From Vicinamibacterales bacterium (lineage in GTDB: Bacteria > Acidobacteriota > Vicinamibacteria > Vicinamibacterales > UBA2999), in the NCBI GenBank assembly GCA_044238535.1, contig JBIIDF010000001.1, positions 1-46,361 of the forward strand: a DNA stretch of 46,361 nt. The letters are read 5' to 3'. Below the pieces are notes generated by a model that was given only the letters and a program-made list of their open reading frames with translations, searched no databases and was not told where the DNA came from. How positions within the stretch are numbered: the stretch's first letter is position 1; the number at the start of each line of letters is the position of its first letter. Positions 33,166-44,455 of this stretch are shown one piece after another. The translations under genes were made by a program, and so were the position numbers.

Positions 33166-33357
33166 CTAGACGTGGGTCGCTGCCGAGACGGACGCGCCGT
33201 CCGGCTGGCGCCACAGCGTGTCGACAAAAATCCGGATGCTGCCCCCGGCCGTCCGCACATACTCAACCTTGCCAGCGGCAATCCAGTTGTAGATGGTGCG
33301 TCGGCTGACACCCACCATGTCACAGGCCTTCATGATGCTCACGGTCTGACGTTCCAC
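33166..33357 (-). CDS. Small excisionase-family (HTH_17/MerR-like) DNA-binding protein
   Basis: 63 aa. The GTG start is preceded by a perfect AGGAGG 7 nt upstream. SIMKACDMVGVSRRTIYNWIAAGKVEYVRTAGGSIRIF matches the helix-turn-helix pattern of excisionase-type DNA-binding domains. Confidence 0.75.
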   Translation of the reverse strand: MERQTVSIMKACDMVGVSRRTIYNWIAAGKVEYVRTAGGSIRIFVDTLWRQPDGASVSAATHV

Positions 33358-33476
33358 GGCTGAACCTCCTGGCCAGTCACCCGGCCACCCTTCAGGGCAC
33401 CCCGCTTCCGCATGGTGCGCAGTTTGTCTTCAACCGGTGTATCGGATTCTGCCACCATGAGATTAGATGTGCAGCG

Positions 33477-33505
33477 TTGACAACCTGCGTCAATAGATTG
33501 ACAAT
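33477..33505 (+). promoter_or_regulatory. Candidate sigma-70 promoter of the activator operon (leaderless-type)
   Basis: TTGACA (33477-33482), 17-nt spacer, GACAAT (33500-33505), then 8 nt to GTG 33514. Confidence 0.4.
33489..33502. promoter_or_regulatory. 14-bp palindrome GTCA-N6-TGAC, copy 3 (candidate operator inside the promoter spacer)
   Basis: GTCAATAGATTGAC lies between the -35 and -10 elements listed above. Confidence 0.4.
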
Positions 33506-33513
33506 CTCGCTAA

Positions 33514-34899
<1,386 letters not shown>

Positions 34900-34912
34900 A
34901 CGGGTCTCGCGA

Positions 34913-34918
34913 TACGAT
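34913..34918 (+). promoter_or_regulatory. Candidate -10 hexamer (TACGAT) of a leaderless-type internal promoter
   Basis: TACGAT lies 6 nt upstream of GTG 34925, within the direct repeat GATACGATAC. Confidence 0.3.
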
Positions 34919-34924
34919 ACCGAC

Positions 34925-35365
34925 GTGCCTCCGCGTTTTTCCTACTGGACCGTCCTCGTTGACGGGCAACCCACGGCGTTTCGTGCGCGCGACTACGACG
35001 AACTGCTGCCGACGTTCAATCGGCTGAAGGCGCGCCACCCCGGGGCCCGCATGATGTGGTTCCAGTCAGGGCGTCTCTGGGACTCGCCGCAGCACGCCGA
35101 AGACACCTTCGTCGCCGAGCGGCGCGCCGCCACCGAACGCAAGCGCGAGGCCCGACGGCCCGATGAACCGCCGCGTGACCGCAAATGGCGGCCCGGGGGG
35201 AATCATCGCGATCCCCGGCAGAAGTACATCGACGCGAAGAAGGCCAAATGGACGCGTTTCAAACAGAACATCCGGCAGAACATCGAGCGCCGGCGTGAGG
35301 GCACCATGCCGCTCCGACGACCGCGGCCCACGCAGGGCTCCGACCCGCAGGGCGGTGAGGAATGA
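34925..35365 (+). CDS. Hypothetical protein with highly basic C-terminal half
   Basis: 146 aa. A compact N-terminal region (YWTVLVDGQPTAFRARDYDELLPTFNRLKARHPGARMMWFQSGRLW) is followed by an Arg/Lys-rich tail (RKREARRPDEPPRDRKWRPGGNHRDPRQKYIDAKKAKW...). I recognise no family. Confidence 0.55.
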   Translation: MPPRFSYWTVLVDGQPTAFRARDYDELLPTFNRLKARHPGARMMWFQSGRLWDSPQHAEDTFVAERRAATERKREARRPDEPPRDRKWRPGGNHRDPRQKYIDAKKAKWTRFKQNIRQNIERRREGTMPLRRPRPTQGSDPQGGEE

Positions 35366-35721
35366 TCACGCACATCGTCCTGCTGACACCGCGAGATACG
35401 CTCACCGTCGACGAGCGCGAGGCCATGGCCCAGGCCATGGAACAGGCCTTCTCGGGCATTCCCTCGATCGCGCGTGCCCGTGTGGGACGCCGGCGTCGGC
35501 TCGGCTATTCGTACGACGATCTCTCACCCGTGCAGTTCGAGTTTCTCGCGGTCCTCGAGTTTCACTCGGTCGACGATCTCGATGCGTATCTGAAACATCC
35601 CGCACACATCGAGCTCGGCCGGCAGTTCCGCTCCTGCGCTCAGGTCGCGCTCGCTAATGACTTCGAAACCGTCGAACCCGCACAGCTGCGGTCGCTGGTC
35701 GACGCCGAGACGCTGCAGTAG
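35362..35721 (+). CDS. Dabb-family stress-responsive alpha/beta-barrel protein
   Basis: 119 aa. MITHIVLL..., FEFLAVLEFHSVDDLDAYLKHPAHIELG. The start overlaps the upstream stop (ATGA). Confidence 0.75.
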   Translation: MITHIVLLTPRDTLTVDEREAMAQAMEQAFSGIPSIARARVGRRRRLGYSYDDLSPVQFEFLAVLEFHSVDDLDAYLKHPAHIELGRQFRSCAQVALANDFETVEPAQLRSLVDAETLQ

Positions 35722-35791
35722 CCGGGACGGTGGGCGCAGACAGCCGGGGGACGCCTGAACCCGCACGCAGTATCGCGCAGCACGGAGTCGG

Positions 35792-36280
35792 CTACTGCGG
35801 CGCGTTCGGCAGATAGATCTGCAGCAGCCGCACCGGGGCCGTAATGTCGAGGAACTGGTGGGCGACCCCGGAGGGCACAATCATGAAGTCGCCCTTCTTG
35901 AAGGACTGACGCACACCGCCCTCAATGCCCGGCCCGGTGATGTTCGAGCCGTTCCTGGTGGGCGAGGTCACCGTGCCCCCGGTCAGCAGCGTCGCTGTGC
36001 CGTCGATGACATAGAAAAACTCGGCCTGTGCCTCGTGGAGTGAGGCCCCCTGCTGACGTGGCTGCCGTTGCTCGACATTCACAGTGTAGGGCGCCAGGGA
36101 GAACACGCGGGCTGCGCCAGATGGGCGGTCGGCTGGCAGCGTGGCCAGCGCGGCTGCCAGGTCTTCGGCCGTGAAGATGGTGGCCTTGCTGCGATCAGTC
36201 GCACGCGGAGCCGGGGTCTGCGCCCACCCCGTGGACGCGGCACAGAACATCATCAGAACCAGCGCACATCGTGTCACCAC
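35792..36280 (-). CDS. Secreted cupin-domain protein
   Basis: 162 aa with a signal peptide. Cupin motifs HEAQAEFFYVIDGTATL and FMIVPSGVAHQF. The GTG start is preceded by GGAGGT. A TATAGT -10-like hexamer lies at 36303-36308 (minus strand). Confidence 0.75.
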   Translation of the reverse strand: MVTRCALVLMMFCAASTGWAQTPAPRATDRSKATIFTAEDLAAALATLPADRPSGAARVFSLAPYTVNVEQRQPRQQGASLHEAQAEFFYVIDGTATLLTGGTVTSPTRNGSNITGPGIEGGVRQSFKKGDFMIVPSGVAHQFLDITAPVRLLQIYLPNAPQ

Positions 36281-36342
36281 AGCACACCTCCGTTCGCGTC
36301 CGACTATACCCGAAACGCCAGCGCCCTCGGCACGGCCGGCAC

Positions 36343-37434
36343 CTACTCAGCCTGTTCGGCAGGATGGCTGCGCCAGTCATGTCCGGTGTCGGTAAAGAAC
36401 TCGTCGATGATGGCGCGCAGGTGTGGCAGCGATTCCGCGGCATTGACGCGCGTGCGCAAGTGCGACCCGCCATCAAGGCCCTTGGTATACCAGCTGCACA
36501 GGGCGCGCACCTTGTTGACCACCCATCGCTCGCGACTCAGCACACGGGCAGGCGGTTCGGCCTCCGCCAGACCAGGAGCCTGATGACGGAATCCCTCGAC
36601 TTCCTGGGTCGGGTCGTTCAGCAACAACTCGATGTAGTCGAGCAGGAACTGGCCGCGCTCCTGCAACGTCACCACACGCGGCGCACGCCCCTCCAGGAGG
36701 TCGCGGGCCTGCGCCAGAATCCATGGATTGCGCAGCACGCCTCGGCCCACAAACACGCCGCTGACACCGCCCTGCAGGCGCGCCACCACCTGTTCTGGCT
36801 CGAGACAATCGCCCGATCCGAAGACGGGAATCTGCACGGCTGCCGCGACGGCACTCACAAAATCCCAGTCAGCCTGCCCGGTATAGGACTGCTTTGCCGT
36901 GCGGCCGTGGATGGCGATGGCCGCTGCCCCGGCGTCCTGCACCCGCCGTGCAACCTCGGGTGCGGTCAGGTCGGTCTCGTCCCAGCCCTTGCGCATCTTG
37001 ACGGTCACCGGAATCCGCACGGCCTTCGCCATCGCCTCGATGATGGCTGCCGCATGACGGGGTTCGCGCATCAGGCTGCAGCCCGCGTGGTGCTTGGCGA
37101 TCTTGGCCACCGGGCAGCCCATGTTCACGTCGACGATGTCTGCGCCCATGCTCTCGACCACGCGGGCGGCCTCGGCCATGCGCTCAGGGTCGCCGCCGAA
37201 TATCTGTATCGACACCGGGCGCTCTTCCTCGGTGTACTCGGCATACTCGAGGGTGCGGTCGATACCGCGCACGAGTCCTTCGCTGCTGACCATTTCCGAT
37301 ACCACCAGCCCACAGCCGCCCTGGCGCTTCACGAGCCGGCGAAACGCCGTGTCGGTCATTCCCGCCATCGGCGACACCACGAAGGGTGAAGGCAACGAGA
37401 CCGTGCCGATAGCCGGAGGCTGCTGGGCGTCCAC
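36343..37434 (-). CDS. dusB: tRNA dihydrouridine synthase B
   Basis: 363 aa. SPMAGMTDTAFRRL, DVNMGCPV, TVKMRKGWD, IAIHGRTA. GTG start preceded by GGGAG. Confidence 0.9.
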   Translation of the reverse strand: MDAQQPPAIGTVSLPSPFVVSPMAGMTDTAFRRLVKRQGGCGLVVSEMVSSEGLVRGIDRTLEYAEYTEEERPVSIQIFGGDPERMAEAARVVESMGADIVDVNMGCPVAKIAKHHAGCSLMREPRHAAAIIEAMAKAVRIPVTVKMRKGWDETDLTAPEVARRVQDAGAAAIAIHGRTAKQSYTGQADWDFVSAVAAAVQIPVFGSGDCLEPEQVVARLQGGVSGVFVGRGVLRNPWILAQARDLLEGRAPRVVTLQERGQFLLDYIELLLNDPTQEVEGFRHQAPGLAEAEPPARVLSRERWVVNKVRALCSWYTKGLDGGSHLRTRVNAAESLPHLRAIIDEFFTDTGHDWRSHPAEQAE

Positions 37435-37448
37435 AGGATCTCCCGTCG

Positions 37449-37952
37449 TTACAGGGCCCGCACGTCAGCCGCATGCACCTGCACGCTGACCGCTCGCCCG
37501 ATCAACTCAATCGACACCACCAGCCGCGCATCTTTCCCTTTACGCAGCAGTCGTCCGGTCACCCCGGTCAGGGGCCCGGCGACCACGCGTACCGGATCGC
37601 CCTCGTCAAGGAACGGGCAGGGATCCAGGGCGAGCGTGCTGCTGACGAGGGTGCGAATCGCCTCGATCTCCTGCTCGGGAATTTCGGCAGCCCAGCCATC
37701 AACGCTGACGATATGCACCACGCCGTCGCAGGAGACCACGGGCAGTTTCGAACGCGGGTCCATCTTCACGAAGCAGTAGCCGGGGAAGAGCGGCCACTCC
37801 ACCTGCTTTCGGCGATCCTTCCAGCGGCTCCACTGAATGACCGTCGGCAGGAAGACGTCAATGCCTTTCCCGATCAACTGATCGCGAACCGACTTTTCGG
37901 CGCGCGACCGCGTCCAGACCGCATACCAGCCCAGACGTGCGTCGTCGCTCAT
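37449..37952 (-). CDS. Specialised NusG paralog (RfaH/UpxY/LoaP-like transcription antiterminator)
   Basis: 167 aa. NGN domain WYAVWTRSRAEKSVRDQL...PLFPGYCFVKMD. KOW-like GDPVRVVAGPLTGVTGRL. It is not in the secE-nusG-rplK context. The start overlaps the upstream stop (ATGA). Confidence 0.8.
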   Translation of the reverse strand: MSDDARLGWYAVWTRSRAEKSVRDQLIGKGIDVFLPTVIQWSRWKDRRKQVEWPLFPGYCFVKMDPRSKLPVVSCDGVVHIVSVDGWAAEIPEQEIEAIRTLVSSTLALDPCPFLDEGDPVRVVAGPLTGVTGRLLRKGKDARLVVSIELIGRAVSVQVHAADVRAL

Positions 37953-39010
37953 GGCGCGGCCGACGCCGCCAGTTCCGCCTCGGCGTTCTTCAGGCCCAGC
38001 TCATAGGCCTGTTTCAGGTCGGCATTCTTCCAGTCGATGATCGCCTGCCCCCGCAGTCGGTCGATGAACCGCTTGAACTCAGCCCGGCGCTTGTCGTTGG
38101 ATAGCCGCTGTGCAATGTCACTGCGCGCTTCGTCAAACGTCTTGACCGTTACCGCCTCCATCGTCTCCAGCTTGATCAGCTGGAAACCGCGGCCTGTGCG
38201 CAACACCGGCGTCAGGTCTCCCGCCTTGAGCGGTGCCAGTGCCGTCTGCAGTTCCGGCGCAAGCACATCGGCGGTCAACGGACCGACGAGACCGCCATTG
38301 GCCTTCGAGGGCGAATCGGACAGGTCCGCGGCCAACCGCGCAAAGGGTTCGCCCGCCAGCAGTCGCTTCCGGATGTCCTCGGCTTTGGCGTTCGCCTCTT
38401 CCTCGAGCCCCACATTCACACCCTGCTCGGTCTGCGGAACCGCAACCAGCAGCTCCCGCAGCGTGATCTGCGGCTTGCTGGTGAACGTGTCGCGGTGGCT
38501 GTCGTAGTACATCTTCAGTTCGGCATCCGTGACCTGCAGCTTGGACATCACTTCGGTCTGTTGCACGCGCTGCACAATCATCGTGCGCTCAAGCTGACGC
38601 CGCAGGTCGGCCAGCGTCAGGCCCTCCTGCTGCAAGGCCGCCTGAAACTGTGCGTCGTCGTCGAGCTTGTTTTCCTTCTTGATGTTGTTCAGGATTTCCG
38701 TGAACTGCTCATTCGTCATCGAATAGCCCAGCTCTTTGCCCCGCTGGGTAATGAGCAGTTCGTCCACGGCTTCCAATATGACGCTGGGCGTAATGTCGGT
38801 CAGGGCCTTCTGGAGCTCGGCGTCGCTGTTCGGTCGCAGGTTCGGATCGCGTTGGCGCAGGGCCGCAATCTGCCGCTGCTCGAGGTCGGTCTTGGTGATG
38901 ATGTCGCCGTTCACCTTGACCAGCACCTGCTCAAGGATGTCAGCACGGGGCGCGGCCGCCGTCACGGCCACCAGCGCAGTCACGGCCAGCAGTTGTCGGG
39001 TCATGGTCAT
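37949..39010 (-). CDS. SurA-like periplasmic chaperone / parvulin-type peptidyl-prolyl isomerase
   Basis: 353 aa with a signal peptide. SurA_N-like N-terminal region. Single rotamase domain (ANGGLVGPLT...GDLTPVLRTGRGFQLIKLE). Confidence 0.8.
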   Translation of the reverse strand: MTMTRQLLAVTALVAVTAAAPRADILEQVLVKVNGDIITKTDLEQRQIAALRQRDPNLRPNSDAELQKALTDITPSVILEAVDELLITQRGKELGYSMTNEQFTEILNNIKKENKLDDDAQFQAALQQEGLTLADLRRQLERTMIVQRVQQTEVMSKLQVTDAELKMYYDSHRDTFTSKPQITLRELLVAVPQTEQGVNVGLEEEANAKAEDIRKRLLAGEPFARLAADLSDSPSKANGGLVGPLTADVLAPELQTALAPLKAGDLTPVLRTGRGFQLIKLETMEAVTVKTFDEARSDIAQRLSNDKRRAEFKRFIDRLRGQAIIDWKNADLKQAYELGLKNAEAELAASAAP

Positions 39011-39031
39011 GGAAGTCCTGAAGTCTTGAGT

Positions 39032-42000
39032 TTACTGTTCGTCTGTCAGCGTCAGCAAGAAGCCGGTCACCCGCTCCAGCACACCATCAGCCGCCCGCGG
39101 ATCCTCCTCGGGTGCCTTGAGGATTTCAGCCTTGCTGAAACCCGGCGTCACCTCACCGGCAGTGGCCCTCTCCGCCCACCAGGCTGGCTTCCGCGCCGCC
39201 CGACGAGGCAGCTGGCCGGGTCGAAGCCCTCCGACCAGTCGGGTCGGCCCACTCGGGGTCGACCCCGGCGCCGGGTGCGCCGGGGCCTGCAGCGACAGGC
39301 GCACCCCCGAGGGCGGCACCAGGGTCAAGTCAGGCCGCTCGCGAATCATCGCCAGCAGGCGCACCGGGTCGACTCCTGATTTCTTGTCTCTGAACCGTAT
39401 GACGACGGCCGAGGCGTCGCGGTCGACGGTTTCGATGCCCAGCCGATCGGCAAGCACCCGGATTCGGGCATAGTCCGCCAGATTCAGCAGGGATGTCGGC
39501 GGCACACCGTAGCGGTCGCGCACTTCGTCCACCACGCCCGCAATTTCGTCCTCGCTCCGCGCGCCGGCAATACGCCTGTAAATCGACAGGCGCTGATTCA
39601 TGTCTGGCACATACGCCTCGGGCAGGCGGAAGTCCACTTTCAGATTTACCACCGCGCGCACATCATCTTCGAGGTCCTCACCCTTCAGTTCGCGGATGGT
39701 CTCCTCTAGCAGCTTCATGTACATTTCGAAGCCAACGGCATCGATGTGACCGCTCTGCTGCCCACCCAGCAGATTGCCCGCCCCTCGGATTTCAAGGTCG
39801 AGGGCCGCGATGCGGAAGCCACTGCCGAGGTCACTGAATTCCCGGATGGCCGACAGCCGCTTGCGGGCCACGGCTGACAGCGATTCCTCGGGGGGAATCA
39901 GCAGATAGGCATACGCCGGGCGATCGCTACGGCCTACTCGGCCGCGCAACTGATAGAGCTGCGACAGGCCGTACCGGTCGGCACGATTGATGACGATGGT
40001 GTTGGCATTCGGGATGTCGATGCCGTTCTCGACGATCGTGGTCGCCAGGAGAATGTCGTACTTGTGCGCCATGAAGTCGAGCATGGCGCGCTCGAGCTCG
40101 TCGTCGCCCATCTGCCCGTGTCCCACAACCACACGCGCCTCCGGCACCAGCCGCTGGAGCAGGCTCCCCATCGAGAAAATCGATTCGACGCGGTTGTGCA
40201 CGAAGTACACCTGGCCCCCGCGTGACAGCTCACTCCTGATCGCCTGGGTGATCACGTCCGCGTCAAACTTCACGACGCTGGTCTGAATCGCGAGGCGATC
40301 GCGAGGCGGCGTCTCGATCACCGACATGTCCCTGATGCCGACCAGCGACATGTTGAGCGTTCGCGGAATGGGCGTCGCGGTCATCGTCAGGACGTCGACC
40401 TTCTTCCGCATCTGCTTGATGCGTTCCTTGTGAGCCACACCGAACCGCTGCTCTTCATCGACAATCAACAGCCCGAGATCGCGGAACTGCACATCTTTCG
40501 AGAGGAGCCGGTGTGTACCCACGATGATGTCGAGGCGGCCAGCCGCGAGGTCTTCCAGCGACTGGGCAATCTCCTGTCGCGTGCGGAAGCGGCTGATCAT
40601 TTCTATGCGCGTCGGGAAGGCGGCGAAGCGCTGCTTCATCGTCGTGAGATGCTGGAACGCCAGCACCGTGGTCGGTGCCAGCAGTGCCACCTGCTTGCCG
40701 TCCATCACCGCCTTGAACGCCGCACGCATGGCCACTTCGGTCTTGCCGTAGCCCACGTCGCCGCACAGCAGGCGGTCCATGGGTGTGGTCGATTCCATGT
40801 CGCGCTTGATGTCGGCCACGGCGGCCGCCTGGTCGCGAGTCAGCTCCCAGGGGAACGCTCCCTCGAATTCCTCCTGCCAGTGGGTATCGACGCCGTAGGT
40901 GTGGCCGGGCACCGCTTTCCGCGCCGCATACAGTTTCAGGAGTTCCTCGGCCATGTCCCGCATGGCCTTGCGCACGCGCGACTTGGCTTTTTCCCACGAC
41001 GTGCCGCCCAGTTTGTCGAGGGCGGGCTGACCACCGCCCCCGTATTTCTGGATCAGATCCAGTCGCTCGACCGGCACGAAGAGTTTGTGGTCGCCGTGAT
41101 ACCGGAGCTCGAGGAACTCCCGTGTGTCGTCGCCGACGGTAATCTGCTTGAGACCGACAAACTGGCCGATGCCGTGATCCACGTGCACGATCAAGTCTCC
41201 GACCTTGAGGTCACGCAGGTCTGACAGGAAGGCCGCACTGGCCGATCGCTGCGGTCCCCGACCCCGCTGACGGTGCCGGGCTTCGTCAAAGACGTCCGTC
41301 TCGGCGTAGACCTGCAGTTGCACAGCAGGCAGGCGGAATCCTCGAGACAGGTGTCCGTCAACGACGATGACGGCGCCAGTGGCGGCCACCCCTGTTGGCG
41401 CGCCTGACCAGACGGCGCGGATGTCGTAGTCCCGCAGCAACTCCACAGCACGTTCGGCGCGTCCGCGTGCGCCGGCCACAAACACGATGGTGTCGCCCCG
41501 GTCCCGAGCCTCCCGGAGGTCGGCCACCCACTGGGGAATGCGTCCCTTGAATTCATGGGTGGGCTGCGACGGCACGTGCAGCGCGCCGGCACCGGTGGCA
41601 GTGGTGTCGAGGGCCAGGGCCGAGAGGTGAATGGCCTGAGCCCAGCGGGCCTCGACCTGGGACGGTTCGATCAGCAGCGCGCCGGGTGCCGGACGGTTCA
41701 CACGGTCAGGCTCCGGAATGTCGTCATATGACGAGCGCACCCGCGCCCACGAGTCTGCCAGTTGGTCTCGGACATCGTCGGGTTCCACGACGAGGAGCGT
41801 CGCGGGTGCGAGGTAGTCGAGGAGACTGCCCGTCGGCAGGTCTGCGGGGTCGGTGTCGTGTCCCGAGAAGTCGCGAACGGGCACGACCGTGTACTGGTCG
41901 AGTGACTCGATGGACCGCTGCGTGGCAGCGTCGACGCGTCGAATCGATTCGATCGTGTCACCCACAAACTCGAGTCTGACTGGCTGGGCTTCGCCGGCGC

Positions 42001-42580
42001 CAAAGAGGTCGAGGATGCCGCCGCGCAAACAGTATTCGCCATGCTCGTCGACCGGATCCTGGCGCTGGTAGCCGCCGTCGACCAGCATCTGCACGAGGTC
42101 TTCCGGGGAGTAGTCGAGACCGGTCTTGAGGGTGGTCGACAGGCTCCGGAAGGCCGTGGGCGGTGCGACGCGGGGCAGCATCGCCGCAGCTGAGGCGACC
42201 ACAATGCGGGCCTGTCCGCTCGCGAGGGCATGCAGAGCCTGGGCGCGGGAGGATGCGGCCCTGAAGTGGGGCGCCAGTCCTCGATACGGGTCCACCTGCA
42301 GGGAAGGCAGTGGAAGGACCACGCGCTCGACGGCATCGGTGCTGAGGCCTTCAAGCGCCGCCAGGAGAAACCGCGCATCGTCCACCAGCGTGTCAATCGT
42401 AGCGTCGGTGGGCGTCATCACGAGGAGCGGACGCGGTCGCAGCCTCAGGGCGGTGGCGGCAATCGCCAGGGCCTGCGCCGCGCCGTCAAGACCGGTTAGA
42501 TGGTGGACGTCTCGTGTCAGGCCCGACCGCTGAGCCGCAGCCAGCAGGATTGATTGAAGGGCGAGGAAAGTCGTGCTCAC
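39032..42580 (-). CDS. mfd: Transcription-repair coupling factor
   Basis: 1182 aa. CarD/TRCF RNAP-interaction domain ([15 protein letters not shown]). Helicase motifs [27 protein letters not shown] and [15 protein letters not shown] motif region. Confidence 0.95.
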   Translation of the reverse strand: MSTTFLALQSILLAAAQRSGLTRDVHHLTGLDGAAQALAIAATALRLRPRPLLVMTPTDATIDTLVDDARFLLAALEGLSTDAVERVVLPLPSLQVDPYRGLAPHFRAASSRAQALHALASGQARIVVASAAAMLPRVAPPTAFRSLSTTLKTGLDYSPEDLVQMLVDGGYQRQDPVDEHGEYCLRGGILDLFGAGEAQPVRLEFVGDTIESIRRVDAATQRSIESLDQYTVVPVRDFSGHDTDPADLPTGSLLDYLAPATLLVVEPDDVRDQLADSWARVRSSYDDIPEPDRVNRPAPGALLIEPSQVEARWAQAIHLSALALDTTATGAGALHVPSQPTHEFKGRIPQWVADLREARDRGDTIVFVAGARGRAERAVELLRDYDIRAVWSGAPTGVAATGAVIVVDGHLSRGFRLPAVQLQVYAETDVFDEARHRQRGRGPQRSASAAFLSDLRDLKVGDLIVHVDHGIGQFVGLKQITVGDDTREFLELRYHGDHKLFVPVERLDLIQKYGGGGQPALDKLGGTSWEKAKSRVRKAMRDMAEELLKLYAARKAVPGHTYGVDTHWQEEFEGAFPWELTRDQAAAVADIKRDMESTTPMDRLLCGDVGYGKTEVAMRAAFKAVMDGKQVALLAPTTVLAFQHLTTMKQRFAAFPTRIEMISRFRTRQEIAQSLEDLAAGRLDIIVGTHRLLSKDVQFRDLGLLIVDEEQRFGVAHKERIKQMRKKVDVLTMTATPIPRTLNMSLVGIRDMSVIETPPRDRLAIQTSVVKFDADVITQAIRSELSRGGQVYFVHNRVESIFSMGSLLQRLVPEARVVVGHGQMGDDELERAMLDFMAHKYDILLATTIVENGIDIPNANTIVINRADRYGLSQLYQLRGRVGRSDRPAYAYLLIPPEESLSAVARKRLSAIREFSDLGSGFRIAALDLEIRGAGNLLGGQQSGHIDAVGFEMYMKLLEETIRELKGEDLEDDVRAVVNLKVDFRLPEAYVPDMNQRLSIYRRIAGARSEDEIAGVVDEVRDRYGVPPTSLLNLADYARIRVLADRLGIETVDRDASAVVIRFRDKKSGVDPVRLLAMIRERPDLTLVPPSGVRLSLQAPAHPAPGSTPSGPTRLVGGLRPGQLPRRAARKPAWWAERATAGEVTPGFSKAEILKAPEEDPRAADGVLERVTGFLLTLTDEQ

Positions 42581-43068
42581 GGGTGGCCTCTGCGCACGCG
42601 GTCGAGGATCGTGGTGGTCGAGTAGCCCGGGGCCAGGGCGATACGCTCGACGCGGCCCCCTCGGGCCTCGACAATGTCGCGGCCCACGATCGCGTCCGCC
42701 TGCCAGTCGGCGCCTTTCACCAGGATGTCGGGCTGGACCGCGCTGATGAGGGCGTGGGGGGTGTCCTCGCCGAACACCACGACCGCATCCACGCAGGCGA
42801 GCGCGCCCACGACTTCCGCGCGCTCATGTTCGGGATTGAGAGGGCGGTCGGGCCCCTTCTGCAGACGTCGGACCGAGGCATCGGCGTTGATGCCGACGAT
42901 GAGCACATCGCCGAGGACTCGTGCCTCGGTGAGATATCGCACGTGTCCAGGATGCAGCACGTCAAACACGCCGTTGGTGAAGACCACGCGGCCACCGCGC
43001 CCGTGCACGGCGGCGGCCAGCGCCCCGGCGGCGGTGGCGGTCAGGGGTGCGGAGGACCGGATGTGCAC
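42577..43068 (-). CDS. D-glycero-beta-D-manno-heptose 1-phosphate adenylyltransferase (RfaE domain II-like cytidylyltransferase)
   Basis: 163 aa. [19 protein letters not shown] (HxGH) and ILVKGADW. The stop overlaps the mfd start (GTGA). Confidence 0.8.
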   Translation of the reverse strand: MHIRSSAPLTATAAGALAAAVHGRGGRVVFTNGVFDVLHPGHVRYLTEARVLGDVLIVGINADASVRRLQKGPDRPLNPEHERAEVVGALACVDAVVVFGEDTPHALISAVQPDILVKGADWQADAIVGRDIVEARGGRVERIALAPGYSTTTILDRVRRGHP

Positions 43069-43098
43069 GTCAGCCCCGGCGCCGGAATGGGCCGGCCG

Positions 43099-44454
43099 TC
43101 AGAAGGTTCGGGGCGCGTCAGGCGCCTTGAACCGGATGGCCGGGGAGAACTCCCAGCGGTGGGCTGGTCGGTAGATGCCGACGTCCTTCGTGCGGGATTT
43201 CACGCGGAAGGTATACAGCAACCGATGGTAGTCGTATGGATAGCCGTCCAGTTTATGGGCGGCCAAATCGAGACGATAGGTGCCCTCGACCAGCTGGAGA
43301 CTGTCGACCACGAACGTGACCTGACCCTCGCCGGAAAACTCGTCTGGCTGGTGCTCTTCGAGATAGGTATTGGTGCCGTAGCAGCAGACGCCGTCGGCGT
43401 TGAAGATGCCCAGGCCGAACACGAAATCTTTGTTCGGCTGGTGGGCGCGCACGGTCATCGTCACGCGGATGGAGTCGCCATGATGAAAGACGTGTCCGGG
43501 TTGACCGTCCGGCCCGAGCAGGCTCACCTTCATGATCTCGATTTCGCGCGTCCCCCAGCGGCCCTCTGTAGCCTTGAACATGTCGGTCGGGGCATCACCG
43601 GTGCTGACCGGGTCTGACGGGGCGTCCTGTGCCTGGGCGGTGGGAGTCACGGACGCCGTGGCGGCGAGACGTGCAGACTCCGCTTTGGCGAGCTCCTGTT
43701 CCTCGCTCTTCTCGACGTCGATGATGTACGACGCCACCACGCGCTTTGATTCGCCTTCTGCTTTGGTCTGGCCCTTGTCGAGCCACAGCGCCTGGTCGCA
43801 GAACTTTTCCACCAGGTCGAGCGAGTGCGTGACGAGCAGGATCGTCTTGTTCTTGCGCCGGAATTCCGCAAACTTATCGAGGCACTTCAGCGTGAAGCCT
43901 TGGTCGCCGACGGCGAGGACCTCGTCGACGAGCAGCACTTCGGGGTCAACGTGGATGGCGACGGCAAAGCCGAGCCGCATGTACATCCCGGAGGAGTAGG
44001 TCTTGACCGGCGCGTCGATGAAATCCTGCAGCTCGGCGAACTCGACAATTTCGTCGAAGCGGCGCTCGACCTCTTTCTTGGAGAGCCCGAGCATGATGCC
44101 GTTGATGAACACGTTCTCCCGGCCGGAGATTTCCGGGTGGAACCCCGCACCGAGTTCAATGAGTGCCGAGACACGGCCGTCGACGGTGATGTGTCCGGCA
44201 CTGGGCCGTGAAATGCCGGCCACGCATTTCAGCAGTGTGGATTTACCCGAACCGTTCCGGCCGATGACGCCGTAGGTGCAGCCCTTCGGGACCTGAAAGG
44301 AGACGCCCCGAAGCGCCGGGAACGTCTCGTCGGGCTGCAGATCTTGAATGAGGCTGCCCTTGAGGAGGGCGCTTTTCAGCGTGGCGAACTGCCGCTGGCG
44401 TGCGAAGCGACGGTAGACCTTTGAGACGTTGACGACATCGATGGCCGGTGTCAT
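43099..44454 (-). CDS. wzt: Polysaccharide/O-antigen ABC exporter ATP-binding protein with C-terminal glycan-binding-like domain
   Basis: Trimmed to ATG 44454. Walker A GRNGSGKST, signature YSSGMYMRLGFA and Walker B LLVDEVLAVGD, plus a ~200-aa beta-rich C-terminal extension. Confidence 0.85.
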   Translation of the reverse strand: MTPAIDVVNVSKVYRRFARQRQFATLKSALLKGSLIQDLQPDETFPALRGVSFQVPKGCTYGVIGRNGSGKSTLLKCVAGISRPSAGHITVDGRVSALIELGAGFHPEISGRENVFINGIMLGLSKKEVERRFDEIVEFAELQDFIDAPVKTYSSGMYMRLGFAVAIHVDPEVLLVDEVLAVGDQGFTLKCLDKFAEFRRKNKTILLVTHSLDLVEKFCDQALWLDKGQTKAEGESKRVVASYIIDVEKSEEQELAKAESARLAATASVTPTAQAQDAPSDPVSTGDAPTDMFKATEGRWGTREIEIMKVSLLGPDGQPGHVFHHGDSIRVTMTVRAHQPNKDFVFGLGIFNADGVCCYGTNTYLEEHQPDEFSGEGQVTFVVDSLQLVEGTYRLDLAAHKLDGYPYDYHRLLYTFRVKSRTKDVGIYRPAHRWEFSPAIRFKAPDAPRTF

Positions 44455-44455
44455 C

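Noticed and set aside
33166-33357. The excisionase-family gene as a marker of a prophage or integrative element.
   Set aside because: The window has no integrase, recombinase, phage structural gene, tRNA attachment site or flanking direct repeat. The surrounding lower-GC DNA is better explained as regulatory intergenic sequence.
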